DNA from: Acaryochloris marina S15
GTDB taxonomy: Bacteria; Cyanobacteriota; Cyanobacteriia; Thermosynechococcales; Thermosynechococcaceae
Assembly (NCBI RefSeq): GCF_018336915.1
Contig: NZ_CP064923.1
Location: 1,620,001 to 1,652,000 of the forward strand
DNA length: 32,000 bases
Direction: 5' to 3'
The notes under the pieces are model-generated. The model was not told the origin of the DNA and searched no databases. It saw only the letters and a program-made list of their open reading frames with translations. How positions within the stretch are numbered: the stretch's first letter is position 1; each line of letters opens with the position of its first letter. A program made the position numbers and the translations under genes. Shown one piece after another: positions 7,464-14,872 of the stretch.

Positions 7464-9941
7464 ATGGGTGATTCTGTTCCAGTTGTATCCACCTCAGGCC
7501 TCCCCGATTGGGTGAGGCTGCAACAAGCCCTCTCTGTGGAAGCCGATCGCGGATTCTGTGACCTAGAAGGTAAGCAATTTCGCTTTAGTCAGTTTCTTCA
7601 GCAGAGTTTGGCCAGTTCGGTCCCGCCCCATTCCGAGTCCACTGTGCAAGAGCGGTGGCAGTCCACGGCCCAGAAGTTTAGCGGTTATGCAGAACTGACC
7701 CTCAACCAACGTCAGCACTTGGTGGCTGAAACCCGACGCCTCCTCTATTCCACCCAGAAGGATTATCGTCAGGCTACCGACCCACCCCCTAAACCTCGAA
7801 AGCCTGCCACCCAAAAGCTCAAGGCTACGCCCCAGAAGCTATCCCTGGATCTGCCCATTCTGTCTTTGTCAGGAATTGGCCCTAAGAGTGCTCAGAAGCT
7901 GGAGAAGCTGGGACTCTATAGTGTGCGTGATTTACTGTTCTACTATCCCCGCGACCATATTGACTATGCCCGACAGGTGTCGATTCGTGATCTAGAAGAA
8001 GGGGCAACGGTCACCCTGGTAGCGACGGTGCGGCGGGTCAATTGCTTTAGCAGTCCCCGCAATCCCAAGCTGACTATTTTTGAGCTGGTGGTTAAGGATG
8101 CCTCGGGCCAGTTAAAACTCAGTCGATTCTACGCCGGTAATCGCTTTCGCAGTCGGGGTTGGCAAGAGCAACAAAAGCGTCTTTACCCTCCGGGAGCCGT
8201 TGTAGCGGCCTCTGGTTTGGTCAAGAGCAGCAAGTATGGCATCACCCTAGATAATCCTGACCTAGAGGTTCTGAACCATTCTGGGGACAAAATTGAGTCC
8301 ATGGTGATTGGTCGGGTGGTGCCCATCTATGCCCTGACGGAAGGGGTAACACCTGATCTGGTGCGTCGAGCAGTGGTGGCGGCCTTACCCGCGGCTAAAA
8401 GCCTTCGCGATCCATTGCCTGAGGGCCTGAAGCAGCAAAATAATTTGACGGATTTGCCAAGTGCGATCGCAAATGTGCATTTCCCCCCGGATAGTGATGC
8501 CTTAGATCGAGCCCGTCGTCGCTTGATCTTCGATGAATTCTTTTACTTGCAGCTAGGGATGCTGGTCCGCCGAGAACAGCAGCGCCAAACCCAAGAGAGT
8601 GTCCCCCTGAGCATCCACGGAGAGTTACTGGAGCAGTTTTATGAGGTGTTGCCCTTTACCCTCACAGGGGCTCAACAGCGGGTGGTCCAGGATATTCTGG
8701 CAGACTTGCAATCCACTAAGCCCATGAACCGTCTGATCCAGGGGGATGTCGGGTCAGGTAAAACTGTGGTGGCAGTGATTGCCCTGTTGTCAGCCATTCA
8801 ATCCGGGTATCAAACCGCCCTGATGGCCCCGACGGAAGTCTTGGCTGAGCAGCATTATCACAAGCTAGTGGAATGGTTTAATCAGCTACATTTACCCGTC
8901 GATTTATTAACGGGGTCCACCAAAGCTGCTAAACGTAGGCAAATTTCTGAACAGCTTACAACAGGAGAGCTGCCCCTGCTGGTCGGCACTCACGCCTTAA
9001 TTCAAGACAATGTTGAATTTGATCGCTTGGGTTTAGCCGTGATTGATGAGCAACATCGCTTTGGCGTCCAGCAGCGGGCATTGCTCCAACAAAAAGGCCA
9101 GCATCCCCATGTGCTCACCATGACCGCCACCCCCATCCCGCGTACCCTAGCGTTGACTTTGCATGGTGATCTGGATGTCAGTCAGATTGATGAGCTACCG
9201 CCGGGACGACAGGCCATTAAAACCACCATGTTGACCGCCCGTGATCGGGCCCATGCTTACGACCTGATGCGACGGGAAATCGCCCAGGGACGACAAATTT
9301 ATATTGTCCTGCCCCTAGTAGAGGAGTCCGAAAAGCTAGATTTACGCTCGGCTGTGCAAGAGCATGATCGCCTCCAGAACACTATTTTTCCCAACTTCCA
9401 GGTGGGGCTGCTGCACGGACGGCTGACCTCTGCGGAAAAAGAAGCGGTCATTTCCCAGTTTCGCGACCAAACGCTGCAGATTATCGTTTCGACCACCGTG
9501 GTGGAAGTGGGGGTCGACATTCCCAACGCCACAGTGATGTTGATTGAACATGCCGATCGGTTTGGCTTATCCCAACTCCATCAGCTGCGGGGCCGAGTCG
9601 GTCGAGGGGCCCATCAGTCCTATTGTTTGCTGATGAACAGTTCGAAAACGGAAACAGCCCGCCAGCGTTTAGCGGTGTTGGAACAGTCCCAAGATGGCTT
9701 TTTTATTGCTGAAATGGACCTGCGCTTTCGGGGGCCAGGAGAAGTTTTAGGCACCCGCCAATCGGGGCTGCCCGACCTAGCCCTAGCCAGCTTAGTGGAT
9801 GATCAAGAGACTCTAGAATTAGCCCGTCAAGCGGCTGAAAAAGTCTTGGAAAAAGACAGCACTTTAGCCCCTTGGCCCCTGATGCAATCTGAATTAAATC
9901 TTCGCTACCAAAAACTCATGGGCGGTGCAATTTTTACATAG
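7464..9941 (+). CDS. recG: ATP-dependent DNA helicase RecG
   Basis: 825-aa ORF. It has a wedge/OB region, Walker A GDVGSGKTVVA, the DEQH box (VIDEQHRFGV), TATPIPRT, and the helicase C motifs HGRL...VSTTVVEVGVDIPNATVM and QLRGRVGRG. The TRG-type end is GPGEVLGTRQSGLPD. Confidence 0.96.
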   Translation: MGDSVPVVSTSGLPDWVRLQQALSVEADRGFCDLEGKQFRFSQFLQQSLASSVPPHSESTVQERWQSTAQKFSGYAELTLNQRQHLVAETRRLLYSTQKDYRQATDPPPKPRKPATQKLKATPQKLSLDLPILSLSGIGPKSAQKLEKLGLYSVRDLLFYYPRDHIDYARQVSIRDLEEGATVTLVATVRRVNCFSSPRNPKLTIFELVVKDASGQLKLSRFYAGNRFRSRGWQEQQKRLYPPGAVVAASGLVKSSKYGITLDNPDLEVLNHSGDKIESMVIGRVVPIYALTEGVTPDLVRRAVVAALPAAKSLRDPLPEGLKQQNNLTDLPSAIANVHFPPDSDALDRARRRLIFDEFFYLQLGMLVRREQQRQTQESVPLSIHGELLEQFYEVLPFTLTGAQQRVVQDILADLQSTKPMNRLIQGDVGSGKTVVAVIALLSAIQSGYQTALMAPTEVLAEQHYHKLVEWFNQLHLPVDLLTGSTKAAKRRQISEQLTTGELPLLVGTHALIQDNVEFDRLGLAVIDEQHRFGVQQRALLQQKGQHPHVLTMTATPIPRTLALTLHGDLDVSQIDELPPGRQAIKTTMLTARDRAHAYDLMRREIAQGRQIYIVLPLVEESEKLDLRSAVQEHDRLQNTIFPNFQVGLLHGRLTSAEKEAVISQFRDQTLQIIVSTTVVEVGVDIPNATVMLIEHADRFGLSQLHQLRGRVGRGAHQSYCLLMNSSKTETARQRLAVLEQSQDGFFIAEMDLRFRGPGEVLGTRQSGLPDLALASLVDDQETLELARQAAEKVLEKDSTLAPWPLMQSELNLRYQKLMGGAIFT

Positions 9942-9991
9942 ATTTGCAACAATCCAAATTTATAGGTATCATTAGTTATTATCATGTGTGT

Positions 9992-10050
9992 GCTCCGGGG
10001 ATCCGCGACTTTAGACTCCGTAATTGTCGTTCCCGGGGCAATTTATTTTT
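9992..10050 (+). terminator. candidate intrinsic terminator downstream of recG
   Basis: GCTCCGGGGA (9992-10001) pairs with TTCCCGGGGC (10030-10039) for 10 bp including 2 G-U pairs. An inner CGAC/GTCG pairing is possible. The T-rich tract AATTTATTTTT follows (10040-10050). The interior loop is large, so confidence is moderate. Confidence 0.4.
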
Positions 10051-10250
10051 AAATCGACTGACAGAGCGTCTCCCCTTCACGGAACAGGCATGCTCTCTCT
10101 TAGAATAGCGAAACCCTCTCCAGTGCTGATACAGCAAGGATTGTGTGGCCGGATCCCTAAAAAGACGAAGGATCGAAACAACCCATTCAAAACTCTTTGA
10201 ACCTTTCTAGGACAGGGCCAGTCTAAGCAGTAGCGTTACACAATTGACTT

Positions 10251-10523
10251 ATGACTAAAAAATCCCTTGTTTTAGCTGCTTTTCTAGTACTGGGTTCCAC
10301 TGGAATTGCGATCCCGGCTAATGCTAAACCGATTATTCGTAAAGGTCCCAAAAGAACCTTAGTTCATAGCCCTAAGCGCACCTTTTACAGCGGTCCCAAA
10401 CGGACATTTTATAGTGGCCCGAAGCGAACTTTTTACGATGGTCCGAAGCGAACCGTTTTTAATGGCCCCAAGGTAACGGTAGTGAAGGGACCCAATAAAA
10501 CGATTGTCAAACCCCATCGTTAA
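10251..10523 (+). CDS. small secreted basic protein with seven tandem 8-residue GPKRTFY-type repeats
   Basis: 90-aa ORF. The signal peptide MTKKSLVLAAFLVLGSTGIAIPANA is followed by KGPKRTLV HSPKRTFY SGPKRTFY SGPKRTFY DGPKRTVF NGPKVTVV KGPNKTIV. Confidence 0.7.
   Translation: MTKKSLVLAAFLVLGSTGIAIPANAKPIIRKGPKRTLVHSPKRTFYSGPKRTFYSGPKRTFYDGPKRTVFNGPKVTVVKGPNKTIVKPHR
10341..10508 (+). repeat. seven tandem 24-nt coding repeats (GPKRTxxx units)
   Basis: The 24-nt period is read directly. The units use different synonymous codons (ggt ccc aaa aga acc / agc cct aag cgc acc / ggt ccc aaa cgg aca / ggc ccg aag cga act ...). Confidence 0.85.
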
Positions 10524-10566
10524 TCACCGAATTGGGTGTGGATAAATTTCCCCTGAACTGATCAGA

Positions 10567-10586
10567 AAAAGCTTGGCCAAGCCTTT
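10567..10586. terminator. short palindromic hairpin between convergent genes (possible bidirectional terminator)
   Basis: AAAAGCTT-GGCC-AAGCCTTT forms a 7/8-bp stem around the perfect palindrome GCTTGGCCAAGC. It lies between the stop of the repeat protein (10523) and the stop of dut (10607), with A/T runs on both sides. Confidence 0.3.
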
Positions 10587-10606
10587 ATATTTCCCCTTTA
10601 ATGACG

Positions 10607-11050
10607 TTAGGAATATCCAGTGGATCCAAATCCTCCCTCTCCTCTTTGGGTGGAGCTTAATTCAGATACTTCTTCAATCTCGACTCGCAAAATAGGTGCA
10701 ATCACCATTTGGGCAATTTTCATCCCTTCAACTACCTGAAAGACTTCTTGGCTGTGGTTAATTAAAATCACGCCAATTTCACCGCGATACCCCGCATCAA
10801 TGGTTCCCGGTGAATTCAATACCGTAATGGAATGCTTGAGGGCTAACCCACTGCGCGGGCGCACCTGGGCTTCCGTTCCTTGGGGTAACTCGATGGCAAT
10901 CCCGGTGGGAATGAGTACAGATGCACCCGGCGAAATTTGCTGGGCTTGGATGGCAAATAGATCTAGTCCTGCATCATCAGTGTGACTATAGCAAGGCACT
11001 TGGGCTGCTTCGTTTAGCTTGATAATTTTGATTTTCATCATTTTTGGCAT
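10607..11050 (-). CDS. dut: dUTP diphosphatase (dUTPase)
   Basis: 147-aa ORF carrying the trimeric dUTPase motifs [31 protein letters not shown] and the C-terminal [10 protein letters not shown]. The true start may be one of the internal Met residues in MPKMMKIKI. Confidence 0.94.
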   Translation of the reverse strand: MPKMMKIKIIKLNEAAQVPCYSHTDDAGLDLFAIQAQQISPGASVLIPTGIAIELPQGTEAQVRPRSGLALKHSITVLNSPGTIDAGYRGEIGVILINHSQEVFQVVEGMKIAQMVIAPILRVEIEEVSELSSTQRGEGGFGSTGYS

Positions 11051-11236
11051 ATTAGCTTACAGCCTTTGTCCTTAATCCAAACTCTGCAATGCTTATAGGG
11101 GAAATAGTAAAACAACACTCTGGATCTGGATGAAACGGCTTCGCCTCACTGGCGTGAACAGATCAAAAAATAAAGTAATGGTCATGATATCCGAATGCCC
11201 AGTGCAAGCGCTGGTTAAAGCTGAAATTAGCTACAA

Positions 11237-11533
11237 CTAAACCGTTGGCTGAATGGTTAGCTTGAATCCGAGGGCTTTAGTAACTTTTGCGACTATCGCA
11301 AAAGTGGGGTTGCCATCAACTGATAGCGCTTTATACAGCCCTTCTCTGCTCAAACCTGTTTCTCGGGAGAGTTGACTCATATTTTTAGCCCTAGCGACAA
11401 CTCCTAGAGCATGAATAATTAAAGCAGGATCATCTTCTGCTTCTTCAACACATGCCTCTAGGTATAGCTGAATATCTTCGTCTGTTTTGAGATGCGCGGC
11501 TGAATCCCAGCGAGTTGTGCTTATGGACATCAT
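11237..11533 (-). CDS. addiction-module antidote protein (HigA-like HTH antitoxin)
   Basis: 98-aa ORF. WDSAAHLKTDEDIQLYLEACVEE...ALGVVARAKNMSQLSRETGLSREGLYKALS..GNPTF matches my memory of the TIGR02684-type antidote family. Its ATG abuts the stop codon of the upstream toxin remnant, giving an operon layout. Confidence 0.85.
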   Translation of the reverse strand: MMSISTTRWDSAAHLKTDEDIQLYLEACVEEAEDDPALIIHALGVVARAKNMSQLSRETGLSREGLYKALSVDGNPTFAIVAKVTKALGFKLTIQPTV

Positions 11534-11818
11534 TCAATCCTCCAACGGTTTAGCAATTTCCTTGGCCCTTTTAATGTCAGCATTTTGGGAGCTTTTATCG
11601 CCACCAGACAGCAATATGACAACAACTGAACCACGTTGTACAAAGTAAACTCTGTAACCCGGACCATAATGAATGCGAAGCTCGCTAACCCCGGCAACAT
11701 CGCCGAAGTTGCCAATCTCGATACGGTCAATACGTGCTTGCACACGTGCTTTAGCTTTGCGGTCTCGCAGTTTATTGAACCAATTGGCGGTCTATGATGT
11801 CCCCAATAACAATCCCAT
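11534..11818 (-). pseudogene. HigB/RelE-superfamily addiction-module killer gene interrupted by an in-frame TAG at codon 9
   Basis: The track ORF (11534..11743, GTG start) encodes only VQARIDRIEIGNFGDVAGVSELRIHYGPGYRVYFVQRGSVVVILLSGGDKSSQNADIKRAKEIA. Reading further upstream in the same frame gives ATG(11818..11816) GLLLGTS TAG(11794..11792) TANWFNKLRDRKAKAR. As I remember the family, that completes its N-terminus at about 94 codons in total. Confidence 0.65.
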
Positions 11819-11940
11819 CACAATTTTCAGGTGTGGCATTTTTATGTGCACCAAAAACAAGTTTTAAATTTAGTCGGTGAACAACATCCCATTTTAATGA
11901 CTAAGTTTAGTTTCAGCTAAAGGTGATCAACTTCAACGAT

Positions 11941-12342
11941 TTATTTGGTTGAGATAACCTCAAATAAAGTTGAGGTACAGACTAATTCAACACGACCGAA
12001 GTTACCGCAGAGAATGTGTGTAGTCGGTTCACGATGGTGGTAGCTATCGATGCATCCGTAATCAACTGAACCATCTTGATCCTTCGTAGGAACAATGTCC
12101 TCCTTTTGCTTGAGGCCTGATATTTTTCTAACCCCAGCAAAGACTAGCCTAGCCTTTTTGTAGCAAGTGTATTCATTTGGCTTGGGTGTCTCATATGCGA
12201 CGTTCTCAGGCCAAAGGCTTGCTTCTAAATCGAATATAAGGGAGTCTCCCTGGTACCGCCAATCTAATACAAAACTATCAGTGAGATCTACTCCGTAAAG
12301 GCTTGATTTTAAGTCCATTATGTGAAACCTAATGACTCTCAT
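11941..12342 (-). CDS. hypothetical protein (about 125-133 aa), second gene of an unknown two-gene cassette
   Basis: ORF with no motif I recognise (DSFVLDWRYQGDSLIFDLEASLWPENVAYETPKPNEYTCYKKARLVFAGV...). The first ATG (12342) lies inside a 20-bp-stem hairpin, so ATG at 12318 (MDLKSS...) is the more likely start. GC is visibly lower than in the flanking core genes. Confidence 0.6.
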   Translation of the reverse strand: MRVIRFHIMDLKSSLYGVDLTDSFVLDWRYQGDSLIFDLEASLWPENVAYETPKPNEYTCYKKARLVFAGVRKISGLKQKEDIVPTKDQDGSVDYGCIDSYHHREPTTHILCGNFGRVELVCTSTLFEVISTK

Positions 12343-12378
12343 CAGTGGGCAGCGGCCTGCTGCCCGCTGATGAGAGTC
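12334..12378. repeat. strong inverted repeat / hairpin (20-bp stem, 5-nt loop) at the junction of the two cassette genes
   Basis: GACTCTCATCAGTGGGCAGC (12334-12353), loop GGCCT, GCTGCCCGCTGATGAGAGTC (12359-12378). There is a single T/G (wobble) position. No U-tract follows on either strand. Confidence 0.75.
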
Positions 12379-12419
12379 TTCATCATTAACCGGATTAGCG
12401 GTTCAGATGAATGGCATTG

Positions 12420-12998
12420 TTATCGCTTATTTTCAATCAACGGAAAGTTCCATCTCTCTGGAAGCTTAGCATCACAAAGTTGGCAATAGAACCACGCATC
12501 TTTGACGATGTTGCATGCGTTGCAGTTAGGGCATAGTCGAAACACAATGACGTCTGTGAATCGACCGGGATGTTTAATACCAATGCGATTCAGTACTGAT
12601 TCAACTACCCACCAAGACTCAGGTTCAGGACAAAATCCTGTGGATTGATTTGAGATTGTAGCTATTTCATGGTTCTGGTCAATCGTTATTTCACCTGCTG
12701 AAAGAACAGGACCACCAGCAGCGCAAGCAATATGTTCCGATCTCCGAGTTGCTAGACGCAGAGTTTCATTGACGCCGATTGTAAAGGTTGCGATCCAACT
12801 GCCCTCTTGTGTTTTTTCGGTCGCAGTGGACGTGAGCCAATGACAAAGGTCATCTGCACAGAGGATTGATGTTCCAGCTGGTTGAGTTCGGGCAATATCG
12901 TGAATCTCTGCTGGGCCGACGTACTGATATTCGCGATGTAGCATTGCCGTTTGTCCAGCGGGATAACTAAGGTTAAACGGCAGCGTAATGCATGACAC
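12420..12998 (-). CDS. hypothetical protein with a C-terminal four-Cys zinc-ribbon-like motif
   Basis: 192-aa ORF. The conserved-looking core is YQYVGPAEI...LRLATRRSEHIACAAGGPVLSAGEITI...ISNQSTGFCPEPESW, followed by CPNCNACN...CQLCDAKL. I recall similar uncharacterised proteins in actinobacteria and cyanobacteria but no assigned function. Met19 (ATG at 12944) may be the true start. Confidence 0.7.
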   Translation of the reverse strand: MSCITLPFNLSYPAGQTAMLHREYQYVGPAEIHDIARTQPAGTSILCADDLCHWLTSTATEKTQEGSWIATFTIGVNETLRLATRRSEHIACAAGGPVLSAGEITIDQNHEIATISNQSTGFCPEPESWWVVESVLNRIGIKHPGRFTDVIVFRLCPNCNACNIVKDAWFYCQLCDAKLPERWNFPLIENKR

Positions 12999-13168
12999 CT
13001 CAATCCAATATATTTAATGTCAATTGCCGAATAATACCCTCTTCATGCAGATTATATTTTGAGAGTTTGATCCCCCCTAAATGGGCTATAAAAGCGACAT
13101 ATTGTTGGATAAACCTCTATCAGGACCAAAAACTTGGACAACTGTAATGTCTCTAATTCGCGTATACT

Positions 13169-13459
13169 CTAATCGCTCTGAGCAACTAGAACAAAGGGTT
13201 GCACAATCAACGTGGTGAATTTTGTCTCTGGTTGAGTATTCCAGTCGCTCAACTGTTGAGCCGAGGGCTTGTAAATCAGACTTTCGCTGATCCAATGATG
13301 GACAGATTGGGTATTGTCATTTGCGATCGCAGCCCCCACATCCAGCAAATCTAAATGAGGCGTCACCACAATAATGGCATCCCGTTGAGAATGGGGAATC
13401 AGATCCTTCCATTCAATATCCGCAATGTCTTCAGCGAGTTTGTCTTTGATATCTTGCAT
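13169..13459 (-). CDS. small conserved hypothetical protein (possibly DUF2288-like)
   Basis: 96-aa ORF: MQDIKDKLAEDIADIEWKDLIPHSQRDAIIVVTPHLDLLDVGAAIANDNTQSVHHWI.... It contains a HIP1 site and has core-like composition. The family name is from memory only. Confidence 0.7.
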   Translation of the reverse strand: MQDIKDKLAEDIADIEWKDLIPHSQRDAIIVVTPHLDLLDVGAAIANDNTQSVHHWISESLIYKPSAQQLSDWNTQPETKFTTLIVQPFVLVAQSD

Positions 13460-13603
13460 AGTTAGTCAGTGGTTCAGGTGGATCCATCATCTCAGGTCAA
13501 GCTAAGTTTGGAAAATCCTGATGCTAGCCCTGAGATTATTTTCCTTAAACCTAGCAAAAGGTTAATCAGTATACGATAAAAGAGCCGTTGACTTGGACGC
13601 TGT

Positions 13604-14815
13604 ATGAGCAATTCTCGACCCTATGACGTTGTTCTCTACGGAGCGAGTGGGTTTACTGGGCGGCAAACGGTTGAATATTTTGCCGAGCATGCGGGTGAGC
13701 AAATCCGATGGGCGATCGCAGGTCGGAATCGCCAAAAACTTGAGCAGGTCAAAGCCGACTGTGCTTCTGCTGCGGATGTCTTAGTAGCCGATAGCCAGGA
13801 CCAGGAAGGACTGGATACCATTGCCGAACAGGCCCACGTCATTCTCAATACTGCCGGTCCCTTCGCCTTATATGGGGATTTGTTGGTGGATGCCTGTGTC
13901 CGTAAGCAAACCCACTACGTCGATATCACTGGCGAAACCCCCTGGGTCAAATCACTCATCCAGCGCTACCATGCCAAAGCCTCAGCGGACGGCACCCGCA
14001 TTATTCCCTTCTGTGGTTTTGATTCAGTACCATCAGACCTGGGTACCTACCTAGTGGTGCGGTTTATGCAGCAGGAATTGGGCGTCTCTTGTCGGCAAGT
14101 TAAAGCTTGCTTCAAAGCTGCAGGCGGCTTTAATGGCGGCACCTTGGCTTCTGCCATCAACTTGATGCAGTCAGGAGAGTCTTCCCAGATGGCGGATCCC
14201 TATTTACTCAATCCCCCGGAAGAGTCCCCCCTCGATATTGCACCCCTGAGCCAAGATCCCAAGGGACCGCAGTATGACTCAGACTTGCAGGTCTGGACGG
14301 CACCTTTTTTCATGGGACCTGTGAATACTCGCGTGGTCAGACGCAGTAGCGCCCTCTTTGATCAATGGCAAGAGTCCTATGGTGCCCATTTTGCCTATCA
14401 AGAATATCTGAAATTTGATGGACCGTTAGCTGCCCTCGGTACCACTTTGGCAACGGGGGTATTTGGATTGGCCTTAAGTCAAGGGTGGGCTAGATCATTG
14501 CTACAGTCTCGACTGCCTCAACCGGGCAGCGGTCCTTCTACTCAGGTGATGGATGAAGGATGGTTCCGTTGTGAATTGATAGGGCAGGCCAGTAATGGCC
14601 AACAGGTGCGGTGCCTGATTCACAATCAAGGCGATCCAGGTAATCGCTCGACGGTGAAGTTTTTATGCGAGTCGGCCTTATGTTTGGCGACTCAGGCTGA
14701 TCAGTTGCCGGGTAAGCAACGCGGTGGTGTGTTGACTCCAGCGACTGGATTAGGCGATGTGCTGGCCGATCGCTTACGCCAGGCAGGGACCACGATTGAG
14801 CTTACAGTTGTCTAG
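13604..14815 (+). CDS. saccharopine dehydrogenase-like NAD(P)-binding oxidoreductase (trans-acting enoyl reductase family)
   Basis: 403-aa ORF with the N-terminal Rossmann motif YDVVLYGASGFTGRQTVEYF. It continues AGRNRQKLEQV, NTAGPF, THYVDITGE and CGFDSVPSDLG. Confidence 0.9.
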   Translation: MSNSRPYDVVLYGASGFTGRQTVEYFAEHAGEQIRWAIAGRNRQKLEQVKADCASAADVLVADSQDQEGLDTIAEQAHVILNTAGPFALYGDLLVDACVRKQTHYVDITGETPWVKSLIQRYHAKASADGTRIIPFCGFDSVPSDLGTYLVVRFMQQELGVSCRQVKACFKAAGGFNGGTLASAINLMQSGESSQMADPYLLNPPEESPLDIAPLSQDPKGPQYDSDLQVWTAPFFMGPVNTRVVRRSSALFDQWQESYGAHFAYQEYLKFDGPLAALGTTLATGVFGLALSQGWARSLLQSRLPQPGSGPSTQVMDEGWFRCELIGQASNGQQVRCLIHNQGDPGNRSTVKFLCESALCLATQADQLPGKQRGGVLTPATGLGDVLADRLRQAGTTIELTVV

Positions 14816-14872
14816 AGAGGCCAGCGAGCTAACGGATGGTTTGGAACCTACCACATTATCTTCAGTAAGGAG

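Noticed and set aside
9992-10050. tRNA-like or small-RNA gene downstream of recG
   Set aside because: It has only one long-range stem plus a T-tract, with no cloverleaf, no T-loop GTTCRANYC and no acceptor stem. It is better explained as a terminator.
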